A DNA stretch of 64,000 nt from Gemmatimonadota bacterium (GTDB lineage: Bacteria; Gemmatimonadota; Gemmatimonadetes; Palauibacterales; Palauibacteraceae): the NCBI GenBank assembly GCA_963666735.1, contig OY762926.1:1696001-1760000 (forward strand), written 5' to 3'. The notes under the pieces were generated by a model. That model saw nothing but the letters and a program-made list of their open reading frames with translations. It made no database searches and was not told where the DNA came from. The position numbers were made by a program, and so were the translations under genes. Below are positions 29,532 to 39,691 of the stretch, piece by piece. Numbering within the stretch: the first letter of the stretch is position 1; each line of letters starts with the position of its first letter.

Positions 29532-31121
29532 TTACGCGCCCCACACGGTGACGGGTGTGCCGTCTTGCTGCCGCTCCTCCCGGTAGATCTTCTCCGCCCA
29601 GGTCCTTCCCTCGCGCATGTCGAAGATGACGAGGTGGCCGGCGTCCGCGGCGGAGAGATCCATGTAGGCGGCCGTCTGTTCGAGTCCCCGCTCGACGGTC
29701 CGCGCCTGTGAGCGGCCGTCCCTCAGCAGTTTGCACTCGACCACGAACCGGCCGGCGCGCCCCTGTCCGCCGGGCCAGACGACGAGCAGGTCCACGCGGC
29801 GGCTCCCCAGCGCGTACTCCCGCTCGATCCTTCCCCTCCCGTTCACCACCCGGTGCAGGAACGCCTGCAGCACCAGTTGGGGGCCCGCCTCCGTGTAGCG
29901 TGCCCGCTCGACCCAGTGCTCCGAGTTCCGCCGGAAGAAGTCCTGGAAGGCGGCCAGCAGCCCGTCCATGTCCAGGCCGCCGTCCGAGTCCACGTACCAC
30001 GCCGGTTGCGGCTCCGGCATCCGGTGCTGGAGCATCCAGGTCAGTTCCCGGGGCAGAACCTCGCCGTAGATGGGGTTGGCGACACGAAGCGGCGGGCCCG
30101 GCGCCACGAGTCCCAGATCGCGCACGTACTCGAAATCCCTGTCCGAGTACGCCTCGTCTCCGCCGCTCAGGAGCGGCTCGATCACCCGGCGCACCCGCGG
30201 CTCCCGCAGCTTGTCGGCCAGTTGGTCCAGGTGCGTCTCGCGGCGCAGGATCAACGTCTCCCGCGCCTCGAACACGTCCCGCTCGGAGATGGGACGGTCG
30301 TGCGGCCGGAGCGCTCCGGCGGAGAAGCACATCTCCTGTGCGAGCGCGTTGACGAGCCACGGCTGCCCGCGGGTCTGCTCCCACACCGCGTCCAGCGCCC
30401 CCGGCGAAAACTCCTGGCCCGTCTCCTCCGTGTGCTGCCCCAGCAGGGTCTCGACCTCGGCGCGTGTGAAGTCGCCCAGGCGGAGCGAGCGGGTCTTGAT
30501 GTTGAAGGCGCTGCCCCCGGCGATCACCTCCCTCTCTGAACTCGCGTGGATCCGGTAGTCGCGCACGTCCCGAACGCCGCACAGCACGACGCTGTGGGGG
30601 AACGCGGCCGGGCGGTGGGCGTACCCGGCGCGGAGTTGTCGCAACACGGACACCAGCGAATCGCCGACCAGCGCGTCGATCTCGTCGATCAGCAGCACGA
30701 GCGGAGTCGCGGATGCCTTGGCCCACAGGCGCAGCAGCGTTCCCAACGCGACATCGGGACGCCCGGTGGTGTCGAGGCCGCGCGCCGCCTCGGCCGTGGC
30801 CGGATCGTCCAGCGTGTCCTCTGCCTCGTGGGCGATCTCCGTGGCGGTCGCTCCCATCGCCCGTCCCACGTCCTCGCGAGCGGTCTGCGCGGACTCGACG
30901 TTGATGTACGCGCAGCGGTACTCGCCCTCGGTTCCGCCGTTCAGCAGGTCGCGCAGCGCCAGCAGGGCGGAGGTCTTTCCCGTCTGCCGCGGGGCGTGCA
31001 GGACGAAGTAGGCCTTGGAGCGGATCAGGTCCAATACGCCGGCCAGGCTCACCCGGTCCAGCGAAGGGACGCAGTAGTGTTCGTCCGGCCGGACGGGGCC
31101 GGCGGTGTTGAATCGGCGCAT
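29532..31121 (-). CDS. P-loop ATPase with C-terminal PD-(D/E)XK nuclease-like domain, copy 2
   Basis: Same motifs as copy 1; divergent N-terminal third. Confidence 0.85.
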   Translation of the reverse strand: MRRFNTAGPVRPDEHYCVPSLDRVSLAGVLDLIRSKAYFVLHAPRQTGKTSALLALRDLLNGGTEGEYRCAYINVESAQTAREDVGRAMGATATEIAHEAEDTLDDPATAEAARGLDTTGRPDVALGTLLRLWAKASATPLVLLIDEIDALVGDSLVSVLRQLRAGYAHRPAAFPHSVVLCGVRDVRDYRIHASSEREVIAGGSAFNIKTRSLRLGDFTRAEVETLLGQHTEETGQEFSPGALDAVWEQTRGQPWLVNALAQEMCFSAGALRPHDRPISERDVFEARETLILRRETHLDQLADKLREPRVRRVIEPLLSGGDEAYSDRDFEYVRDLGLVAPGPPLRVANPIYGEVLPRELTWMLQHRMPEPQPAWYVDSDGGLDMDGLLAAFQDFFRRNSEHWVERARYTEAGPQLVLQAFLHRVVNGRGRIEREYALGSRRVDLLVVWPGGQGRAGRFVVECKLLRDGRSQARTVERGLEQTAAYMDLSAADAGHLVIFDMREGRTWAEKIYREERQQDGTPVTVWGA

Positions 31122-31260
31122 GTCTTGAACGTCGCCCCGCCCGCATGGGGGCGCAATCAGAGCCGGGCAGCGGAGGCCTGGAACGGCCATCAACCGTGCG
31201 GCAGCGCCGCGTCCGGGCTCGCGCGGCGGCAACTCCGGCGTCGGCTCGGGACCGGTAGCC

Positions 31261-32253
31261 TTAGCTCGGCAGGATGCAGTGGTCCTTGAAGAGACCCACG
31301 ACGATACGACCCTTGCCGAGTTCGATCGAGCCTGCCGGCGGAGGTTCGTAGAGAAAATGAACCCGGTCGACATCCGGCCGCAGTTTGACGTGCCACCAGA
31401 ACACCTTGTTGGCGCCAGCATGGCTGCGAGTGCGATCTCGGCGCGAAGGTGAGTGTCTCTTGGTACGACCGTTCTCGTCGGACGTTTCTTTGCCGACGCG
31501 GACCGACAATACCCGCGCGAGTTGGCGCGGATCTGACCGAAACTCGTGGAAGCACGCGGCGCCGTGATCGCTTAAGCCGCCCAAGCACCGGACGAGTTCG
31601 TCCCGGACCTCGATATACGGGCGGTCGAAATGCCTGAGACCGCGCCAGACGTTGTCCGCCCAGTCCAGCGCCGGGAAGGCGGACCCAGCGAGGCGCTGGA
31701 ACTTTGCCTCGTCGGCGTTCTCCAGCACGACGACTGATCGAAAGAAGGCGACGTGCTCAGACTCGTCGGCTACGAAAAAGATCGCTAGCGTAGTGTCGCC
31801 TACGGTCACGGGCACCCTTCCCGTTGGCGCGTCGCCGAGAGGCAGTGGCAGGACCGCGATGTGATGTCTATCCCGGCACGAGGTGTGCGCCCAGACCACC
31901 GCCGGGGCGAACCGGCTCTCCCCGTTGAATTCGGCGTCGTAGCCGGTGAGTTCGGAATCGTCAAAGTCGTCGGCCCGGTCGAGAAACTGCACAAACTGGA
32001 ACACGACGTCGTGGTCAATATCATGGTCGTGGCGGATCGGACACTTCCAATCGAACAGGAACGAGTCCAGACGCACTCCGTCATCGATGTGGACATCATA
32101 ACAGCACGAGTGCTTGACGACGCGCTCGCCACGGGTGCGGGCCACTTCGAGCCGCTCGAGCAGACACTCGATCGCGTCGTTCAGCTCTCCCGCCGGGGCA
32201 GCGTTGGCCGCCGCGGCCCAAGAAGATTCGTCAAATACGAAGCGGGGTCTCAC
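31261..32253 (-). CDS. Hypothetical protein, third gene of the DUF262/DUF3696 operon (putative effector)
   Basis: GTGA overlap with ATPase stop; C-terminal WHVKL...RVHF...IVVGLFKDHC resembles RelE-like RNase folds (inference). Confidence 0.65.
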   Translation of the reverse strand: MRPRFVFDESSWAAAANAAPAGELNDAIECLLERLEVARTRGERVVKHSCCYDVHIDDGVRLDSFLFDWKCPIRHDHDIDHDVVFQFVQFLDRADDFDDSELTGYDAEFNGESRFAPAVVWAHTSCRDRHHIAVLPLPLGDAPTGRVPVTVGDTTLAIFFVADESEHVAFFRSVVVLENADEAKFQRLAGSAFPALDWADNVWRGLRHFDRPYIEVRDELVRCLGGLSDHGAACFHEFRSDPRQLARVLSVRVGKETSDENGRTKRHSPSRRDRTRSHAGANKVFWWHVKLRPDVDRVHFLYEPPPAGSIELGKGRIVVGLFKDHCILPS

Positions 32254-33371
32254 GACTCGCGTCGCCTCTTGGCCGCCAGGGCCGCGAGGTCGACTTGAGT
32301 TTGGTCGAAGAACCCGGTGGGCCAATCGGTAAGCTGGCCTGTTCGCCGCAAGCTCAACGATTCGACCACCGCTCCCTCCTGATCCTCACCCCGGAAGAAG
32401 TGGATCACGGCCTGTTCTTGGCTCAGAGCGGCAGTACCCTGGGCGACCGCTACTCGGATGCCGTTCAGGACGTGGTCGCTGTGTGTTTCGACGAAGATCT
32501 GCACGCCGTCGGCGGCGACCTGCGCCAGGAAAGCTCCGATAGCGGACTGGCCAGCCGGATGCAGGTGGGCCTCCGGGTTCTCCACGAGGATCAGACCCCC
32601 GACCTCCGCCCGCAAGGCCGCAACGATAACCGGAAGCGCGTAGGACACGCCGAAACCGGCGTTCGGGGCGCGCGTCCACTCCGCTTGAACACCGGGAGCC
32701 CTGAAACGCAAGCGGGTGACCGATGTGTTCGGAAACCACTCGGCGTCGATCTCGGTCGGACGCACGATCCTGGCCATCCAACGCTCTGTCTGATGCAGGA
32801 GACCGGGGAGCGTCGTACCCGTGTTGTCGGGTGCCCACCGGTCTTCCCTGACGCGCGACCGATCGAGGGAAGCCAAGACTTGCGCCACGAACTCGCCGCG
32901 CGAACCTACGCCGAGTTCGGCTACGTCAACGGCGCTGGCACCAAGCACGTCGCGCGGCCCCAACCGCTCCGCGCACAAGTAGCTGAACCGTGGCGGCGCG
33001 TCCGCGATCGCCCCCTTGTAGCCGGAAGCCTTGTCTACGATGGTCGCGTTCAATGCCCGCTCGTTCGTCGGAGCGCGAAACGACCAGCGCCAACTTTCGC
33101 CTTCGGTGTCGGTGATCTCGATGGTCGCAAGCTCGTCGTCCGCCTCCCGATGGATGACGTCTTCGGCCGCGCCCAGCGCCAAGCTGTCCACACCGTTCAG
33201 TTCGACGTGGTTCCGCTGCGGTTGCCGCGCCATTTGCCGGGCCAGAAGGATGGACTGCAGTACCGATGTCTTGCCCGCGCCGTTCGCACCCGTCAGCACC
33301 GTGAGTGCCGCAGTATTCAGACTCAAGTCGCGGAACCGCTTGAAATCCTCGAGCCGGATCCCGGCGATCAC
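32250..33371 (-). CDS. DUF3696-type AAA/ABC ATPase (Menshen NsnB-like)
   Basis: FKRF, LTGANGAGKTS, AERLGPR, GFGVSYALPV, VENPEAHLHP, ETHSDH, WPTGFFDQ. Confidence 0.88.
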   Translation of the reverse strand: MIAGIRLEDFKRFRDLSLNTAALTVLTGANGAGKTSVLQSILLARQMARQPQRNHVELNGVDSLALGAAEDVIHREADDELATIEITDTEGESWRWSFRAPTNERALNATIVDKASGYKGAIADAPPRFSYLCAERLGPRDVLGASAVDVAELGVGSRGEFVAQVLASLDRSRVREDRWAPDNTGTTLPGLLHQTERWMARIVRPTEIDAEWFPNTSVTRLRFRAPGVQAEWTRAPNAGFGVSYALPVIVAALRAEVGGLILVENPEAHLHPAGQSAIGAFLAQVAADGVQIFVETHSDHVLNGIRVAVAQGTAALSQEQAVIHFFRGEDQEGAVVESLSLRRTGQLTDWPTGFFDQTQVDLAALAAKRRRES

Positions 33372-34519
33372 CCGAGCACGTCCCGTGCCGCATCCCGCAC
33401 CTTGCGGAACCGCGTCCGCACGTTGCGAGGGTCGCCGGTACTGCCGCTGATGGATCCGATGAAGTCCGGATCGTCCGTCATCATGTCGCGCGACCGCTGG
33501 ACCAACGCCTTGCCCCGCTCCCGGATCGCGGGCGCGTCATAGTCTGCAAGTACGGTACCCCAGGTTTCGAACAATGCCCGGTTGATCGGATTGCGCCGAT
33601 CAACGCCCCGCGGCCGCTTGCGGAACGCGTAGTCACCGAACGCCGTGAAGCCGTTGGTCATGCCGCGGCCGAAGTCGGCACTGAGTGCCTCGAGGTTCCG
33701 GCAGGCCGGATCATCCAGATGCCTCGTTACGGCCGCCAGGAATTCATCGAAGCTGCCGTGCCTAGCGTACTCATCGGGCGTGAACAGCCGAAAGGCCACG
33801 AACCGTAACACTACCTCCCGGTCCGCCATCCGCGGATGGTTGTGAAGGACCCCTCCGGTCGCTTTGGAGAAGCTCGGGTCGGTCGCCAACTTCTTCAGGA
33901 ACTCGCGTGATCCGTTGCCGCTCATGCAGTGGCGGATCTCTTGAGCGCTGAGCGGGCTTCCGCCCGTGTTGATGCGACGGAAAATATCGAACTTCACCCG
34001 GTAGGGCGTCTGCGGGTCGATTACGTGGGCCACGAACTGCGCGTTGCGAAGTCGTCGTTGAAACATTCCGGCGAGATCGTCGAATCCTTGGCCCTTCAGT
34101 TCATCCAAGTAGGTGACGCTACCCAGCTTGAAGTCCTTCATGTGTACGTACCGGAAGATCGTCGTGAGGCGCTGGACGCCGTCAACGACTTGTAGTTCGC
34201 CGGAGGCGTTCTCGTTGAAGTAGAACGACGGCAGCGGGATTCCGAGCAGAAGCGACTCGATGAGCCCGCACTGCTGCCAAGGCTTCCAGATGTAGTTGCG
34301 CTGGAAGTCCGGCGCCAAGTCGATGTCACCTTCGGAAATCATGTCAACGACGTTGCGCAGCGAGTAGTGCTTCGTGTGAATCCGGATCTTCTCCGGATCC
34401 CAGGGCTCCGGCTCGTCGGGAGGTGCCGGCTCGTCCTCTACCTCGACGCCGGTTGCCCGGTTCTCGAAGTATTCCTCCGGCACCGCTTCGGTCGTAGCGG
34501 ACGCTTGCTCTGTGGTCAC
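33368..34519 (-). CDS. DUF262 (ParB/GmrS-like) protein (Menshen NsnA-like); start uncertain
   Basis: PDFQRNYIW, LIESLLLGIPLP, VVDGVQRLTT, IFRRINTGG..LS.QEIR. Confidence 0.9.
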   Translation of the reverse strand: MTTEQASATTEAVPEEYFENRATGVEVEDEPAPPDEPEPWDPEKIRIHTKHYSLRNVVDMISEGDIDLAPDFQRNYIWKPWQQCGLIESLLLGIPLPSFYFNENASGELQVVDGVQRLTTIFRYVHMKDFKLGSVTYLDELKGQGFDDLAGMFQRRLRNAQFVAHVIDPQTPYRVKFDIFRRINTGGSPLSAQEIRHCMSGNGSREFLKKLATDPSFSKATGGVLHNHPRMADREVVLRFVAFRLFTPDEYARHGSFDEFLAAVTRHLDDPACRNLEALSADFGRGMTNGFTAFGDYAFRKRPRGVDRRNPINRALFETWGTVLADYDAPAIRERGKALVQRSRDMMTDDPDFIGSISGSTGDPRNVRTRFRKVRDAARDVLG

Positions 34520-34993
34520 TCGTTCGGCTCCGTGCGAATCTGCTCTGCGCCGCGGCCCGGAGCGGCGCTTTCGCCGGACGGGCGTATCATCTTTCGACAC
34601 TCCGGTGGCTACGCCCTCGGCGCGCAGCCGTCGAATGCTGACGCTGCTGGGCATCACGATAATGTTCCGGAGCCGCCTCTGCGACCGTCTGTGGCACAGC
34701 CGGAGGGGGGCATGCGCGCCGCGTAGGGCAGCTCGAGTAGTGTTGGGAGATCGTTCATGTGCTTCCGTTCGGTTCGAGCATTTTGGTGCGCCTCGGCGGC
34801 GCACGGAAATCTGGGCAGCGGCTGCGGGCAGAAAACCCCGCCAGTTCACGAAGTGGCCGGGTCGGCACGAGGGTGCGTCGGAAGGGCCGGAAGGGCTCAG
34901 CTCGAAGGCGTCAGGCGTGGACTTTGCGTTTGGTGCTGGACCGTCACAGAGTTTTCGTCACGTGGCTCTTCACGAGGCCGAAGCGCTGGTGGC

Positions 34994-35209
34994 CTACGCG
35001 GGCGGCGACGATGCCGGGGCCACGCTCGCGCCGGCGACGCTCGCCACGAGTTTCACCTGCGTTTCTCCGAGCTTCACCGTCTGGTCCCACACGAGAGTGA
35101 AGGAGGCCGTCACGAGGGTGAGCGCGATCATAGGGGAGAGACCCGGGCTCCAGCGCGTAATCGTGATGCCGTCCATCAACGGATCGTCAAGGAAGGTCGT
35201 CCGCCTCAC
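34994..35209 (-). pseudogene. Truncated paralogue of the 23904-24362 TM/coiled-coil gene
   Basis: DGITITRWSPGLSPMIALTLVTASFTLVWDQTVKLGETQVKLV aligns with DGITITRWNLGLSLSIALTVLTGVFTLLWDETTTLRETQVALV; heptad part missing. Confidence 0.65.
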
Positions 35210-35239
35210 CGTCGCGCCCGGATCGGTCTGACGGCGAAC

Positions 35240-36826
35240 TCAGGCGCCCCACACGGTGACGGGTGTGCCGTCTTGCTGCCGCTCCTCCCGGTAGATCTTC
35301 TCCGCCCAGGTCCTTCCCTCGCGCATGTCGAAGATGACGAGGTGGCCGGCGTCCGCGGCGGAGAGATCCATGTAGGCGGCCGTCTGTTCGAGTCCCCGCT
35401 CGACGGTCCGCGCCTGTGAGCGGCCGTCCCTCAGCAGTTTGCACTCGACCACGAACCGGCCGGCGCGCCCCTGTCCGCCGGGCCAGACGACGAGCAGGTC
35501 CACGCGGCGGCTCCCCAGCGCGTACTCCCGCTCGATCCTTCCCCTCCCGTTCACCACCCGGTGCAGGAACGCCTGCAGCACCAGTTGGGGGCCCGCCTCC
35601 GTGTACTGGGCCCGCTGGACCCAGTGCTCCGAGTTCCGCCGGAAGAAATCCTGGAAGGCGGCCAGCAGCTTGCCCATGTCGAGGCCGCCGTCGGCATCCA
35701 CGTACCACGCCGTCCGCCGGGGCATTTCGTCCTGGAGTACCCAGGTCAGTTCCCGCGGCACCACCTCGGCGTAGATGGGGTTGGCGAGGCGCAACGGAGC
35801 GTCCGGTGCGACCAGACCCAAGTCGCGCACATACTCCCTGTCGCGATCGGAGTACTTTCCATCTCCGCCGCTCAGGAGCGGTTCGATCACCCGGCGCACA
35901 CGCGGCTCCCGCAGCTTGTCGGCCAGTTGGTCGATGTGGGTGTCCCGGCGCAGGATCAACGTCTCGCGCGCCTCGAACACGTCCCGCTCGGAGATCGGAC
36001 GGTCACGCGGGCGGAGCGCCTGATGCTCGAAGCACAGCTGCCGGCCCACCGCGTTGACGAGCCAGGGCTGGCCGCGTGTCTGCTCCCACACCGCGTCCAG
36101 CGCCCCCGGCGAAAACTCCTGGCCCGTCTCCTCCGTGTGCTGCCCCAGCAGGGTCTCGACCTCGGCGCGTGTGAAGTCGCCCAGGCGGAGCGACTCGGCC
36201 TTGATGTTGAAGGCGCTGCCCCCGGCGATCACCTCCCTCTCTGAACTCGCGTGAATCCGGTAGTCGCGCACGTCCCGAACGCCGCACAGCACCACGCTCT
36301 GGGGGAACCCGGCCGGGCGGTGGGCGTAGCCGGCGCGCAACTGGCGCAGCGCCGACACCAGCGTGTCGCCCACCAGGGCGTCGATCTCGTCGATCAGTAC
36401 GACCAGCGGCGAATCGGCGGCGCGCGCCCAGGTTTCCAGCAACATGCCCAGCGCGGCGTCGGGACGCCGGGTCGTGTCGAGCCGGTCCGCCGCTTCGGCC
36501 GTGGCCGGGTCGTTCAGCGTGTTCCTCGCCTCCCGCGCGATCTCGGAGGCGATCGCCCCCATCCCCCGCCCCACGTCCTCGCGGGCGGTCTGCGCCGGCT
36601 CGACGTTGAGGTACGCGCAACGGTACTCCCCCGCGGCGCCGTCGTTCAGCAGGTCGCGCAGCGCCAGCAGCGCGGTCGTCTTCCCGGTCTGCCGGGGGGC
36701 GTGCAGCACGAAGTACCGCTCGGCGCGGATGAGATGCAGGAGTTCGGCGGCGTTCAGGCGGTCGAGCGGCGGAACGCAGTAATGCAGGCGGGGGCGAACC
36801 GGGCCGGCCGTGTTGAAGTCTCGCAT
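35240..36826 (-). CDS. P-loop ATPase with C-terminal PD-(D/E)XK nuclease-like domain, copy 3
   Basis: Same motifs; N-terminus like copy 1, C-terminus like copy 2, distinct middle. Confidence 0.85.
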   Translation of the reverse strand: MRDFNTAGPVRPRLHYCVPPLDRLNAAELLHLIRAERYFVLHAPRQTGKTTALLALRDLLNDGAAGEYRCAYLNVEPAQTAREDVGRGMGAIASEIAREARNTLNDPATAEAADRLDTTRRPDAALGMLLETWARAADSPLVVLIDEIDALVGDTLVSALRQLRAGYAHRPAGFPQSVVLCGVRDVRDYRIHASSEREVIAGGSAFNIKAESLRLGDFTRAEVETLLGQHTEETGQEFSPGALDAVWEQTRGQPWLVNAVGRQLCFEHQALRPRDRPISERDVFEARETLILRRDTHIDQLADKLREPRVRRVIEPLLSGGDGKYSDRDREYVRDLGLVAPDAPLRLANPIYAEVVPRELTWVLQDEMPRRTAWYVDADGGLDMGKLLAAFQDFFRRNSEHWVQRAQYTEAGPQLVLQAFLHRVVNGRGRIEREYALGSRRVDLLVVWPGGQGRAGRFVVECKLLRDGRSQARTVERGLEQTAAYMDLSAADAGHLVIFDMREGRTWAEKIYREERQQDGTPVTVWGA

Positions 36827-36930
36827 GGCCGAAAGCTGGCCCCGCCCCGGCGGGGACGCAATCAGCCCGGACCCCGGGAATGTCGACAGCGACGCGCAAC
36901 GTCAGGGACTTCGACGACTCTCGCGTACCG

Positions 36931-36992
36931 TTACGCGCCCCACACGGTCTCCGCCCAGGTTCTGCCCTCGCGCATGTCGAAGATGACGAGGC
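36931..36992 (-). pseudogene. 3' end remnant of a fourth ATPase/nuclease copy
   Basis: Encodes LVIFDMREGRTWAETVWGA*, i.e. the paralogue C-terminus with a 42-bp in-frame deletion. Confidence 0.85.
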
Positions 36993-37208
36993 GACAAGAT
37001 GCATCGGATTTGCAACTGATTGCACCCAACGAACTTAGGAGTGTCGTGGACCGGATTTCCGCTGAATGCTTCCCGCTGGTCGGGATTTCAGCCGCGAACC
37101 CTCCGGCGGCCTTCCAGTGCCGTCCTGAGTTGTCCAGCGCGCGGCCTCTGGTAGCACCTGAGCACCGTCCCGACATGCGACGCCTCCTCCTTGTGACCAA
37201 CGCTCAAA

Positions 37209-37235
37209 GGTGTCCACCAACTCGGGGTAACTCCA
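37209..37235 (-). mobile_element. Isolated IS3-family-like terminal inverted repeat
   Basis: Minus strand TGGAGTTACCCCGAGTTGGTGGACACC; TG terminus; resembles the end at 37500-37525. Confidence 0.55.
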
Positions 37236-37525
37236 CTTCTTCGCGACGCTGGAGTGCGAGCTGATCTGGCGGCGCTCGTTCCGTACGGCGTCGGAGGCCC
37301 GGCGAGAGGTCTTCGGCTTCATCGAGGGCTTCTACAATACGCGTCGGCTTCACTCGGCCCTCGGCTACGAGTCGCCGGCCGGCTACGAGAGGAACCATGC
37401 GGCATGAGGCGCACCGCGGGCGCGCACCCCGAGCCGCTCTCGCGCGTCTGAGAGGGACTGACGGGAGCAGAACCGGAGGTGATCAACCACAGAAATCAAC
37501 CGTCCGTGAAAGCGGGACAGCTCCA
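37236..37525 (+). mobile_element. IS3-family remnant: transposase C-terminus plus right end
   Basis: FFATLECELIWRRSFRTASEARREVFGFIEGFYNTRRLHSALGYESP (stop at ~37406), then CCGTCCGTGAAAGCGGGACAGCTCCA terminus. Confidence 0.85.
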
Positions 37526-38053
37526 CTCTTGAAGGTGTCCCACCGAGTGGACTGGCGGTTCCATGTCGCGCTCGTGCTCGCGCACGAGACCGGTCACCGG
37601 ATCGGGGCCATCCGGCAGCTTCGGTGGGCGGACATCGACTTCGAGGGCGAAACGGTGCGGTGGCGCGCCGAACACGACAAGGCGGGCTACGAGCACCGGA
37701 CGCCGCTGACCCCCGACGCGCTCATCGCTCTGGAGGGGGCGCAGAGAGAAAATCCCGGATCCGGAGACGCGCCGGTCCTGCCCGCGCCGAAGAGTCCCTC
37801 CGCCTGCATGAGTTCCCAGTTGGCGTATGGGTGGTGGAGCAGGGCCGACAGGCTCGCGGGACTGTAGCCGAAGCCGGGCAGGGGCTGGCACTCGCTCAGG
37901 CGGAAGTTCGCGAGCGACTTGATGGATCAACCGCTGAAGGTGCTCTGTCAGCTCGGCGGCTGGAAGACGGCGAAGACGGTGCTGCGGTGCTATCAGAGGG
38001 CCGACGAGGATCAGTTGAGGCAGGCCCTCGCGAACCGCTCCGTTCACGCTTGA
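37526..38053 (+). pseudogene. Tyrosine recombinase/integrase C-terminal fragment with in-frame stop
   Basis: ETGHR..IRQLRW.DID; TAG at 37865-37867; then WHSLRRKFA, LGGW and RCYQ catalytic motifs; 5' end truncated at the IS3 end. Confidence 0.85.
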
Positions 38054-38201
38054 AACCAAGCGGCGGGAGCCGATTGACGGGAATCCGGGCAATATCCTCC
38101 GCAAGTCCAATCCTCACAACGGATTCGCCACTCGGGAAGGAATGCCTGCACGACGCTCCGACGGCGGACGACCGGAGTCCTGAGACCTCGGCGCGGGTCG
38201 C

Positions 38202-39280
38202 GTGGACCGATACCCGGGACCTTGCGACGATCCGGGGGAGCGGGCCGCGCGGCTGATGGCCGCAACCGCGAAGGCGGCCCCCGACCTCAAACGGCTGGCG
38301 GGCGCGGCGCGACGGGGGCGCAAGCTGGCGAAGCCGGTCCTGCACTATTCGCTCAGCTGGGCGAGGGACGAGACGCCCGACCGGCGGGAGATGAGCCGCG
38401 CGGTGGACGGGAGTCTGGAGGCGCTGGGGCTGGAGGGCCACGAGGCGCTGATCGTCGCGCACGATGACACCCGGCACCCCCATGTCCATGTGGTCGCCAA
38501 CAGGGTCGATCCGGAGACCGGGAAGGCGGCGAAGCTCGGCAACAGCAAGCTCCGGCTGTCGCGCTGGGCCGAGGGCTACGAGCGGGAACAGGGCCGGATC
38601 CGGTGCGCGGAGCGGGTCAAGAACAACGAGCGGCGGCGAGCGGGCCAGGAGTTGGTTCGCCCCACGGGGGAGCGGCCGCGCCACTGGGCGCGCGTCCGTC
38701 GCGAGAGGATGGTGCCCGGGCGGGCGAGGGAGCCGGTCGACGAAGGTGGGTCGACATGGAGGCATGGCGGCGTGCCGAGGCGGAGGCTTGGGAGAAGGTC
38801 GAGGATCGGCGCATGCTGGAGTTCTCGCGGCTGGAGAGCCGGGCGCGGGAGGAATGGGCGAAGCTGCTCAAGCGGCAGGAGAACATGCGCCAGAGGTTCG
38901 ACCGGGAGAGCCGCTCGCTGCTCGGGCGGCTCCGGATCTGGCGGATCGACCGCTCGTTGCGGGAACTGGCCGGGGCGGTCCGGGGCCGGGAGGACCTTGT
39001 CGAGGGCTGGCGTGAGGATCTCGACCGGTACAACAAGGGCGAGCGAGCCGCGCTGGGCAAGGCACACGCCGACAGCGCTCGGCAGATCGAGAGGAAGGTG
39101 CGCGAGGTGTACCGAAAGGGGCTGCAAGACGCGGAACGGCACGCACGGATCACTGTCCAGGACCTCGTCAAGCGGGCGGCGAGAGAGATGAAGGAGCGTG
39201 GCCCGAGCATAACCCGCCTTCCCATCCAGCCACCCCGGCCCCAGGGTCCCGAGCGTGGCCGGGGAGGGTTCGAGCGATGA
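38202..39280 (+). pseudogene. Relaxase/mobilisation (MOBP/VirD2-like) gene, 5'-truncated and frameshifted
   Basis: PVLHYSLSW, IVAHDDTRHPHVHVVANRVDPETG HUH motif; helical C-terminus ending GPERGRGGFER continues in another frame (38603-39280). Confidence 0.8.
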
Positions 39281-39457
39281 CCTTGGACTCTCCCCATCGT
39301 CAAATCGGGTCGGCCGAAACGACCGATCCAGAGTGGATTCGGGGAATCCACCGGCTGTGGAAAATCGCCCAAGATCGCCGAATTCGCCGACACTCCAAGG
39401 GTATGGGTCGGGTGGATTCCGCTTGGCGGAGGCATCCATAGCCTCCAGCCCCGCGGT

Positions 39458-39691
39458 TCACGCACCCACCTCGAATTCCGAGCGGGGCAGGCCTGACTGG
39501 CGAATGATCGACATCAGGGTACCGACCCGCAGCTCTCGGTGGTCTGGAACCGGGACGGTGAGCGTTCCGTCGGCATCCGCCTTCTGCATGGCAATGTGGC
39601 TGCCCCGTCGTCGGACCTCGACGAAACCGTTGGCCGCCAAGATACGGCAGGCTTCACGGCCGGACAGGACGCGAAGCCTAGCCAACCGCAA
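39458..39691 (-). CDS. HicA family toxin
   Basis: LSGREACRIL..NGF.EVRRRGSH, TVPVPDHRELRVGTLMSIIRQSG. Confidence 0.92.
   Translation of the reverse strand: MRLARLRVLSGREACRILAANGFVEVRRRGSHIAMQKADADGTLTVPVPDHRELRVGTLMSIIRQSGLPRSEFEVGA

Noticed and set aside
27838..36826. Paralogue similarity as a diversity-generating retroelement or shufflon
   Set aside because: No reverse transcriptase or intact invertase in the window, differences are not adenine-specific, and all copies are in direct orientation.
37865..37867. In-frame TAG in the integrase as pyrrolysine or readthrough
   Set aside because: The gene is also 5'-truncated and surrounded by pseudogenes, and no pyl genes are seen; a nonsense mutation is simpler.
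38700..38770. Programmed frameshift in the relaxase
   Set aside because: No slippery heptamer noticed; the decayed context favours mutation or sequencing error.
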